Shown in pieces: positions 26,601 through 38,709 of a stretch of DNA of 64,000 nucleotides. A program made the position numbers and the translations under genes. The stretch's first letter is position 1. Every line of letters begins with the position of its first letter. Location: NCBI GenBank assembly GCA_951406725.2, contig OX597815.1, forward strand, positions 175,522,001 through 175,586,000, given 5' to 3'. Under the pieces are notes generated by a model, which was not told the DNA's origin, did no database searches, and saw only the letters and a program-made list of their open reading frames with translations. The DNA comes from Octopus vulgaris (taxonomy: Eukaryota).

Positions 26601-29323
26601 TTACACATGCATTACATAGGATCCATGGAGTGTCATGGGCCAACAAATTTCAACTTCTTGCCTAATGTGGGCCCAGGGGCAGATAAGCCCCATTTTTAAA
26701 GCATTTTCACAGTGTTAAGGCCCATAGCTTGAAGAGTATCCAATCATTTTCCTCCAAATTTGCAACAAATATTAATCAGGCTCCTTGAATTGCTGTTGAC
26801 TAAAAAGAATTTCCGATGCCAACTACGACCCCCCCCCCCCCAGTAAAATTGCAGATTAATCAGATTCAAGTATACTGCATTGAGTTTTATCTTTGTTTTA
26901 GGCCATTTTCCAATGATAAAATATTGACACTACTTATGCATGATAAATAGCGTATAATATTTCATGAAAACCTTTTTGTTCAATTTGGCAGAAGAAATGA
27001 GAAGAACCTTCAAATCTTTGTCAGTGTCCAGTTGATGCTTCATGTTACCATCCTGCACACCACCAGGCCATGTGCATGTGTGTGCAGCTGGGTAAAAGCA
27101 CAACAAACCCATTCATCTATTCTCCATGCCTAAACTATATAATACAAAATGTTCATACAAAAAAAAATAAACTGCTGTTATGATTCACAGCCATTTGAAT
27201 TTGAATGCATAACCACTTCTGGAAACTACACTCACCACCTGCAATTAGTCCCCTCCCCCCCGTGTTCCATCCCCTATTTTGTTGAACGAGTAAATACAAG
27301 GTGTTCCAGAAATAACAATGATTTGAGTGAAATTGGATGCAGTTTTTTAAAACTCACTTTTATTTATGTTTATCATGTTTAATATGTGTTAAAAGTATAT
27401 AAATTTTGAATTTTGCTTATAATTTTATTTTCATTCGTGTTGGACCCCTCTTGTTTGTCCATGACAGCTTTTTTCTAATTTGGCAGCAATCATTTTCTTT
27501 ACCTCCGTCCCCAAGATGGAGTAACCGTTTAGCTGAGCTTAAAGAACACATTCAGTTAGCAGTGCAGGAGCTAACTCTTGAAATGCTTCAAAATGTGTTT
27601 CACAATGTTAAGGAGAGATGTAAAGTATGCAGGGATACAGACATGTTGAAAATTTTCAATAAAAGTTTGACGTAAGATTTATAAATCTATTTGGTTTGGT
27701 AATAAATATAAAATTTTTGTCATTTAAAAAAAAATTTGCTCAATTTCATTGAAACAATTAATTCTGGAAAACCCTGATTGGTGTTGTGTTGTTAGTTGTT
27801 GTGTTGACAAAAGTAAATATTAAAATCAAAGGTCTTTTCACCGTAAACATCCCAACTTTTTGTTAAGCATATTGTATTGAGCAGTATATTATCCCAAATA
27901 TCCTTTATAGGCATGGCTGTGTGGTTGAGAAGCTTGCTTTCCAACAATGTCACCTTGGGTTCAGTCCCACTGTGCAGCACGTTGGGCAATTCTATTTTAT
28001 TACAGCTCCATGCCGACAAAAGCCTTGATGTCTTGCAAACAACTTGCACATGCAAGTGCTACCAGTCAAGAGCTCCGTATACCGGAAGCCAGCAAGTGTA
28101 TGGGGTCATCAGGAGAGAATGCGCGCCATTTCGGGGCCTACCTCTTGACGGCATCAATGCGCACCGGCCATCCTCACTGATATGAAGTGCCGCTTGCTAG
28201 ATCAGCTGGTTATGAAGTTAAACTCAATATCCTTCTAGCCATTGCTCATTGTCTCTTTTTAACCAAATCCAGTGGCTAGCCTTCTCCACTGTAGATTGGA
28301 TATCAGTCATGGTGGTATTATATAATTGCCATTACTGTATTGATATACAAAATAACACATACAACTCATTATTATTGTCACATAATAAACATCCAACATC
28401 AAAATAAATATCAAATGGAAATTGTAGTTGTGATACCTGTGCTGGTGGCACGTAAAAAGCACCAACCGATTGTGGCCACTGCCAGCCTCCAATGGCACCT
28501 GTGCTGGTGGCATGTAAAAAGCACCAACCGATCGTGGCTGCACCCAGCCTTGCCTGGCACCTGTGCTGGTGGCATGTAAAAAGCACCCACTACACTCACA
28601 GAGTGGTTGGCGTTAGGAAGGGCATCCAGCTGTAGAAATACTGCCAGATCAGACTGGAGTCTGGTGCAGCCTCCTGGCTTCCCAGACCCCGGTCAAACTG
28701 TCCAACCTGTGCTAGCATGGAAAACGGATGTTAAACAATGATGATGATGAATAAACAAACAGAAGTTCGTGTATGAAGTTGATCTTTTTTCCTACTTCAA
28801 TTATTTGTTTTTTGTTCTTATAAAATATACAGGAGGAGTAAATCTCTCTATATAATAACACTTTGAATGAGGCTCTTGATAAAGAGTAAAAGTAATTACC
28901 TGATCAACGATGGGTATTACTGTGAGTAAAATTCTTGAGGAGTACATGGAACAAATAGGGGCTGCAATAAGGGTAGAGCACTTGCAGAAAACAGTGCTGT
29001 TTGGAACCGCTTGAATACTCTGGATGGTGTTTGAAAAATAAAGGGTGTTACCTGAGTTCACTGGTAGTGAACAGCTGGCACTGTAGTACATCTCCAATGT
29101 TAGAAGTTGTGCAAAGACAGTAAATAATGATGATGATGATATCATGTACATTGTTTTGTCTCGGTATACTGATCTGCCATGTCTTTGCAAGAATTCTGAT
29201 GGTGCCAGTCTGCTGTATCCAGAGTTTATGGGGCTGATTGTCTCCGGGTGCTCTCCACGCATGCAACACAATGAACGTGCACAAGTACACACACACACAC
29301 ATACAGACACACACATACATACA

Positions 29324-29364
<41 letters not shown>

Positions 29365-32300
29365 CACGCACACACAGTTGAAGAAACACTAGTCAGTTAT
29401 GCAGAATTATCGTTACCAAGTGACTTTTAGTGGAAAATACATTTCGTCTTCTGATAATGCTTACCTGGAGATAAACTAAATGAGAGAGATCGGCTGATGG
29501 AACATCAAGCTGGGTAGAAGTTGATAAGTATTCAAATGGCTTAGATTTGTGAAATCGAAGTCTGTTACCGAAGTATACGTATTATGACATCCTATATCAT
29601 CATCATTTAAAGTCTGCTTTCCATGCTAGCATGGGTTGGACGATTTGACTGAGGACTGGCGAACCAGATGGCTGTACCAGGCTCTAATCTTGATCTGGCA
29701 GAGTTTCTACAGCTGGATGTCCTTCCTAACGCCAACCACTCCAAGAGTGTAGTGGGTGCTTTTACGTACCACTGGCACGAGGGCCAGTCTGGTGGTGCTG
29801 GCAACGTCCACGCTCAAATGATGTTTTTTACATGTCACCTACACAGGAGCTAGTCCAGCGGTACTGGAAATGACCTCACTCGAATGTTTTGTTCACATGC
29901 CAGTAAGGCGATGCTAGTAACGATCACGCTCAAATGGTGCTTTTTATGTTCCACTGGCATGGAAACCAGACAGCTTCTCTGGCAGTGATCTCGCTTAGAT
30001 GGAGCTGTTAGCGCTCCACTGGAATAGGTGCTAGTCATCGAATTTGGCTCAATTTCGATTTCACTTGCCCCAACAGGTTTTCGCAAACAGAGTTTATTGT
30101 CCAATGAAGGAAGGTTGGCATGGGTGCCAGTCATCAAATTTGGTTCGATTTCGATTTCACTTGCCTCAACAGGTCTTCGCAAGCAGAGTTTTGTGTCCAA
30201 AGAAGGAAAGGTATGCATAAGTGGGCTGGCTACACCCCTGGTAAAGGCCATGTGTTATGGTCTCACTTGTTTTGCCGGGTCTTCTCACACACAGCATATT
30301 TCCAAAGGTCTCGGTCACTAGTCATTGTCTCGGTGAGGCCTAATGTTCGAAGGTCGTGCTTCACCACCTCATCCCAGGTTTTCCTGGGTCTACCTTTTCC
30401 ACAAGTTCCCTCAACCGCTAGGGTGTGGCATTTTTCACACAGCTATCCTCATCCATTCTTGCCACATGACCATACCAGCGCAATTGTCTCTCTTGCACAC
30501 CACATCTGATGTGTCTTAGGTCCAACTTTTCTCTCAAGGTACTCACACTCTGTTGAGTATGAACACTGACATTACACATCCATTGGATCATACTGGCTTC
30601 ATTCCTTGCAAGCTTACGCATATCTTCAGCAGTCACGGCCCATGTTTCACTGCCATGTAGCATGGCTGTTTGTACACATGCATCATACAGTCTGCCTTTT
30701 ACTCTGAGCGAGAGGTCCTTTGTCACCTATATGATAAACTAAAATATGTTAGAATAGATAAAATAAAATAGAGATATTTTATTTTCAGGCAACAGACAAA
30801 GATTCCAACTCTGTGATGACTTACAGCATTATTGGTGGAAATACGAACGATAATGCTTTCAGGATTGATAGCAACACTGGTGTTATTTCAGTTGTACGGT
30901 CCTTAATGATGGAAGATGCACCACAAAACTCCAGCACGTAAGTCATTAGTTGTTGTCAGTAATTTTTACACACACTCACTCACAATGACATCCACACTCG
31001 CTCACAATGAACTCCACACTCACTCACAATGACCTCCACACTCGCTCACAATGACAGCCACACTCACAATGACATCCACACTCGCTCACAATGACCTCCA
31101 CACTCACTCACAATGACCTCCACACTCACTCACAATGACATCCACACTCGCTCACAATGGCATCCACACTCACTCACAATGGCATCCACACTCACTCACA
31201 ATGGCATCCACACTCACTCACAATGGCATCCACACTCGCTCACAATGACATCTACACTCACAATGACATCCACACTCGCTCACAATGGCATCCACACTTG
31301 CTTACAATGGCATACACACTCACTCACAATGACATCCACACTCACAATGACATCCACACTCGCTCACAATGACCTCCACACTCACTCACAATGACCTCCA
31401 CACTCACTCACAATGACCTCCACACTCGCTCACAATGACCTCCACACTCACTCACAGTGACATCCACACTTGCTCACAATGACATCCACACTCGCTCACA
31501 ATGGCATCCACACTCACTCACAATGGCATCCACACTCACTCACAATGGCATCCACACTCACTCACAATGACATCTACACTCACAATGACATCCACACTCG
31601 CTCACAATGGCATCCACACTCACTCACAATGGCATCCACACTCGCTTACAATGGCATACACACTCACTCACGATGACATCTACACTCACTCACAATGATA
31701 TCCACACTCGCTCACAATGACATCCACACTCGCTCACAATGGCATCCACACTCACTCACAATCACTCCTATTCACAAACTCTCCTATACATTTATTTCTT
31801 TTTAATATGAAGAAAAAAGACTCAGATGGCGAGCTGGCAGAATCGTTAGCACGCTGGACAAAGTACTCAGTAGCATTTCGCCTGTCTTTACATTCTGAGT
31901 TCAAACTCTGCCAAGGTCGGCTTTGCCTTTTGTTCTTTTGGGATCATCAAAAGAAGTACCATTTGAGCAGTGAGTTTTTATACTGCAGTGTTTGAATCTT
32001 TCGAAAAGAACCCTCTGTACGGATAGGAACAGTACAGTACGTACATTAAACCTACAGGTTAACTGCAAAACTGGGAAAGTAGCCTATAGAATAAGTTATA
32101 CAGGGGCATAGCGCAGAAACATCACAGTGACATATATATTGGAGAGACAATTCGTAGCAGAAGGGAGAGGGTAAAAACACTGGTGAAAACTTAAAGAGGA
32201 GAAAAAAGATGGTGTAGGGTCAGAGGAGAAAATGGAGACATAGAGAGAAACATTACACTATGCAACCCTCACTCACACACAAGAGACACACACATAGAGG

Positions 32301-34906
32301 CGCAGATGCAAACGCATGCACAGACAAAGATATGTACTGCAAAAAGAAGAGATGGAATAAACAAAATAAAGCCAGAAAGCAGAGACACAATGAAGAAGAA
32401 CAAATTGTCATGGAGGAGGTCACAAATGTGTGAGGAAAAAGCTTTGACAAAATAATCAATAACTAATAATAGTAATAAAGCTGAAGTGAAATGGTATGTT
32501 TACTGGAAAAATGACCATCCCTAAATAAAACAATATCTGTATCAAGACATGATTTCACATGAAGTATCTTGCAAAGCGAATAGGGAAATGTAAAAATGGA
32601 AATAACAGAACATTAAATTCCTGCTTCATATTCATTTCAAAAGTTTTGTGTCAGAACAAATATTGTTGCATTTATGTCGAGATACTTTGGTTCTTCCTTA
32701 ATCAGATCGTTTTTTATTCATGTATTTATTTTAATGCATTACAACAATTGTTTTTGTTGTACAAATGCAAATTTACCACTGATATCCTTTCTTAGTGCAA
32801 GAGTAATTCTTAGATCAGGGGTACTCAACCATTTTTAGCTAATGGGCCCCTTTAACTCCTCTTTTACATGGCTGGACTCTCATAGCCTCTCAACGTTTAA
32901 AAAACCCTATTATTCTATTTTAATAAACATTACTAGGAATTGTGTTGAAAAATTGTGAAAATATTTTTTGTGTTCTGTAGAAGTATAACCTGTTCATTGC
33001 ACATAAATTTTAACAAAATCACATATAGATCCCAGAGGCCAATATTACCCCCTTCCCAAGTCATGTGGATGCCTGAGGGTCATATGGACTCCAGTTGAGA
33101 ATCGCTAATCAAGACAGAAAGTGGGACAAACCTCGAGATAAAAAATATTAATAAATTTTAAAAAGAATTAATAAGAAAAGCGAATAATAACGATATTCCT
33201 TTCTACTATAGGTATGAGGCCTGAACATTTGTGGGAGGGGTTAAGTTGATTGCATCAACTTCAGTACGCAACTGGTACTTAATTTATTGACCCTGAAAGG
33301 ATAAAAAGCAAAATCGACCTTGGCAGAATTTGAACTCAGAATATAATGATGAATGAAATATCGCTAAGCATTTTGCCTGGCATGCTAATGATTTTGCTAG
33401 CTCACCACCCTAATGATAATAATAATAACAACAACAACAATAATAAAATGGTTTCAGATTTTGCCACAAGGGCAGCAATTTTGGGGGAAGGGATAAGTCA
33501 ATTACACCGACCCCAGTATTCAACTGGTACTTATTTCATCAACCTTAAAAGAATGAAAGGTAAAGTCAACCTTGGCGGAATTTGAACTCAGAATGTAGCG
33601 ATGGGCGAAATACCACTAAGCATTTCGTCTGGTGCATTAACGATTCCACCAGCTTGTCATCCTAATGATGATGATAACTATAATAATAATAATAGTGGTT
33701 TACCACAGGTAAAACAAATCTTTGCCAAAAGGATCCCAGCAACGACAATATAGTGGATAATTACTGGCTTATCACCTGTCTGCACCTGATGTGGAAGCTG
33801 ATGACAGGAATAATATCTAATTATGTGTATAACTTCCTGGAAATGAATGACAAACTGCCAGTGGAATAGAAAGGGTACAGAAGGAAAAGCCGAGGGACAA
33901 AAGACCAATTTCTGATAGACGGAATGGTACTGAACGACTGCAAGAAAAGACTAATCTGGGCATGGCTTGGATCGATTATAAGAAGGCGTATGGCATGGTC
34001 TCCCATTTCTGGATTTTAGAAAGTCTTGAGCTGGTACAGATGTCTGATAATATATCAAATTTTATAAGGGGATCAATGAATGCTGGGGACAGCTAAAATT
34101 TTGAGATTGGTACTTGGATGTTGAATGTCTCTCATGATAATTAACAGCCAAGTATCAAAACTTATAACATGCGGAAAGAGACCCTGTGAGACCTTTGACG
34201 GCAGGCTGCTGTCTACGCTCACAGAATCTACTAGAACAAAGATCAAAAGATCTGAGAAGTAAAACAACAATAATAAATGACAATTTATTATCTAAATGCA
34301 ATAAAAATGCCTTGAATTTTCTGCATGTGATGTTTATTTTCTTGTTTTGATAGGATATTTCTGACGGTATTGGCAACTGATAATGGTGCTAATGTTCAGT
34401 CATCTTCAACTTTGGCCACTATCAATATAATAGTAAGTAGATATGTTTCTCTTTAATTACTTTCTGCATTAACACTACATTTGTTTTCAATTAACACAGG
34501 AAAATAGATAAATAGTTACCAGGGCAGCAAAAAATCACACAAGTAATTAGGACGTAACACCCTGTTTTTAAAGGTAGAAACTCCGGGTTGATGTGAAATA
34601 TTTTATAATTTATATAAATATATAAATAGAGTTAAACGCAGGTGTTATTCAAATTCTTTTACTTCCGACACATGTTTCGAAGACAACATTGGTATTATTC
34701 CAAAGAATAAAATGATATGAAACAATGTAATCTTCTCTTCGGGGAGATATAGAAATAAACCAAACTCATCAATAAGACATTTTAAAAGAATGTGATGGAT
34801 GTGTGTAATGATGAACGGAGTGCTTTTAATTTTTTCTAAAAAAACCTTTAGAGGATATAACATCAAAGGTAGCCTATAGAAATAGGATTCATATGTATAT
34901 GTGTAC

Positions 34907-34952
<46 letters not shown>

Positions 34953-37900
34953 TTGTATTTGTAGGTGGGGTTACTGCAGATCCCACATCTACCATCTCCA
35001 CACTGTTTTACAAAGAATTTGGTTTTTGTCTCTGATGAGAATTTCGCTCTTGTTAGTTATTTCTTCGGATTTTTCTCTTGGCATTTACTTTTTTTAATGC
35101 AGTATTTGTTTAATATGTTTCCCATTTTGGGACTTTGTAGGACTATTGGTAGGTTTGAATGTATGATTTGAAACATGTTGGTAACTCCAGGGTTGTGTGT
35201 GTTTATGAAAGGTTTGTTGTATCTTTTCGTTTGTTTTGGTTGTTTTTACTGTTTCATCTTCTGGAACAGATTAGAGAAGATCTACGAACATTCCGCAACA
35301 TCCTCAACACACTGCACCCATCTATCAACTTCACGATAGATACCAGCCACAACGAACTTCCCTTCCTAGACATCAACATCAAGATACACAACTCCATCGT
35401 CACAACAGACATCTACTACAAAAAAACCGACACACACCAATATTTAATTTTCTACTCCTGCCACCCATCCCACATAAAAAGAGACATTCCATATAGCATG
35501 GCAAGTCGCATATGCAGCATAGTGACCGACTCACAAACACGCTAAATAAGACTAAATGAACTTAAAAACTTCCTACTAGAACAGAAATACCCACTCAAAT
35601 TAATGAAAAACGGAATCTCAAGAGCAATGAAACTGGACATCACACAACTCAGAACTCCAAAAACAAAAAACAAAGAAAACATCATCCCTTTCATAAACAC
35701 ACACAACCCTGGAGTTACCAACATGGTATAGCTTTCAATGCCAAAATTTGGCACAATTCCTTCCATGATCTTCCAGATGTATATTACTGCATACCTCTCC
35801 CATATTCTCTCCAGGGAGTAGAGTCTTAGCTGTTTCAACCTTTCCCAGTAGCTGAGCTTTTGCAAAGAGATGATATTCTTTGTGAAACTTCTCTGGATTG
35901 CTTCAAGGTCTGCTGTTAATTTCACACTGTGGGTGATCATAGCTGTGAGCAGTAATCCAGGCCGCTGAGGACGAATGTCCTCCAGAGGACTGTCATGGTT
36001 TCCATATCTCTGGTTCTGAATGTTCTTAGGATCCATCCAGCCAGTCGTCTGTACTTTGTCGCCATCCTGGTAATGTGTACTTGGAAAGAGGTATCATCAC
36101 TCATGTCAATACCCAGGTCCCTCACTGACTTAGGCTCCGGGATTGTTGAGTAACTGCCTCAACACCCAGTCATAATGTTGTAAGAGCTGGGTCAGACAGC
36201 TCCTACATGGTCGAAAGTTATGCTGGGTATCACTCAGCAAGTTATGTTCTTCAAGGAATGTGTTTAGTTTCCCTCTGACTATCCATTCCATGACTTTGCT
36301 GGTGAAGTCAGAGAGATAGGCCTATAGTTTTTGGCACCTGCTCTAATTCCCCCTTTATATGTATATATATATCTATATCAAAACACTTTGATAATTTGTT
36401 GGCACTCGACTAGATTCACGCTTGAAACTCAAGAGTACCAATGAATTTGGATCAAACTGTTTTGATCTATACATGTAACTCTCAATAAATGTGTTGAGTG
36501 CCCTTCTTTCGTTTGTCCACTCACTCGTATTTTTTAATTCTCTCACTGTTTATTTCCTCGTGTTCCTTTCTGTTGAAGAGCATAGGCTCGAAACATTAAA
36601 GACTTTCTCTCCTTTCCAAGTGTCAAACTAATACATCTGCTTGTTGTTTATACACCTGTCTTTGTCTTTTGATTTTCTGTAAATTTCAACTATATATATA
36701 TGCATATATATATGCGCGTGTATGTGTGTGTGCATCTGTGTGCTTTTTTTTCTATTAATTTGTAATTTGTATATTCTAAGGATATCAACAATAACAGGCC
36801 AGAATTCCTGCTTCCGACATACGAGGTGACCGTGAAGGAATTTTTACCTGTTGGTAAGTACAATAATCCATGTTTATTGTTTTACCTTTTAATTACCGTA
36901 TAAATAGGAATGTACATATATACATACACACATACACACATACATACATAGGAGGAAAGAAAGGAGTGTGGGGCTGTGCTTGAACGCCTTCTGATCAACA
37001 AAGCTGTTCTTAATGAAGCCAAGCAACATTTCCGTAATCTCTTAATGGCTAGATTTCCAGAAGGCGTTCAACTCTATGTCCCACTCATGGGTTATAGAAT
37101 TACAACACCTTGCCAAAGGACCAGCTGCTTTAGTGAATGCCTTTGAAAGACTGACTGGCAACTACTAAAGCAACACCTATTATTACAGACCGAATTAGAC
37201 TATCGACATATTCCTGGGTGATAGTTTATCTGTGATGCTGTTTGTGCTGGTAGTGAATACCATGTCAGCCCTGTTAACAAAATGCTGAAGAGTGCATGCT
37301 GGGATAGACAGAAAGGTAATAAAGTTAATGTTACCCACACGTTTTTTGTTGATGACCTAAAGTTGTATTCCGATAATATAACCAACATCAAAAGACAATT
37401 AGAACTAGTCATAAGATTTAGGAATGGGGTTGGGGCAAGAGAAATACTCGTACACGATAGTCAACTGAAGAAAGATTGTCAACCAGACAGAGAACATGTA
37501 CATCAATGGCTTGTCTATCTCCACTATCTCTAATAATGAAGGCGGCAAGTTGGCAGAAACGTTAGTACGCCGGCCGAAATGCGTAGCCGTATTTTGTCTG
37601 CTGTTACGTTGTGAGTTCAAATTCCACCGAGGTCGACTTTGCCTTTCATCCTTTCGGGGTCGATAAATTAAGTACCGGTTACGCACTGGGGTCTATGTAA
37701 TTGACTTAATCCCTTTGTCTGTCCCCTCTATGTTTAGCCCCTTGTGGGTAATAAAGAAATATATCTCTAATGATGAAAGCAACAAGTACCTCGGAATCAA
37801 TGAGAATGTTGCATACATTGGTGTTGTCACAAGCCAGAATAACAAAAGAGTACTTCTGTAGACTCCAGAAAGTATAGAACCCAGAGTTGTCTGCATTTAA

Positions 37901-38669
37901 CAAGATCGTATCTTACAAAGCTTTTGCAGTACCAGTGCTAGTATCAGCATTTGGGATATTGGACTGGACACCTGATAAGGTACACAGCCCTGGACATCAA
38001 AACTGACCACCACTGGCAACTTTCACATTAACAGTGATAGTGATGGCGGCGGTGGAGGCGTGAGGTCCTTTGAATGTCGTATCGTATCATTCAGACAACA
38101 CCTGCTGAACAGTAAAGAAAGAAACGAGTACATTCCATGCACAGTCAAAATGTGAGATCAACTACTGTGTAGGTATTCTGAGAATATAACCGTCTCATGC
38201 AACCCAAATGAGGCTGGACAAGTCTACCTACACAGAAGCTTGGAGGGGGTGCAGGTATCATACCAACAAAATGCAATGCATGGGTACGTACCCTGTAAGC
38301 TAGAGAGCAACAACATTGACTGAAAGAGTAGCCTCCCCTGGACTTGTGATAGATACATTACATCCCAACTCGAACGATACACCTTCGCTATTCAAGGACA
38401 TGAGATATCTAATAAATACCTGATAAACAAGACCAAACCTCAAAGATGTGATAGAAAATGTCGGCTCTGCTATACCAGAGTGGAAGATATCACCCACATC
38501 CAGTTCTATATATAAGAGATGAGGAATTACGTACGTTATTTACATTTAACGGATATTTGTCCTCATCTTGTTTGTTGTTAACACGTTTCGGCTGATATAC
38601 CCTCCAGCCTTCATCAGGTGTCTTGGGGAAATTTCGAACCTGGGTTCTCATTCCTAAGGTATTTTTCGG

Positions 38670-38709
<40 letters not shown>

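Noticed and set aside
28100-28140. Minus-strand GAAA...CTGATGA type II hammerhead candidate
   Set aside because: Stem II strands (cccc/cccc) cannot pair and stem I is absent.
30970-31762. CRISPR array or real ORFs (MTSTLTHN...)
   Set aside because: Contiguous tandem units with no unique spacers, no cas genes, eukaryotic intron; the ORFs are repeat artefacts.
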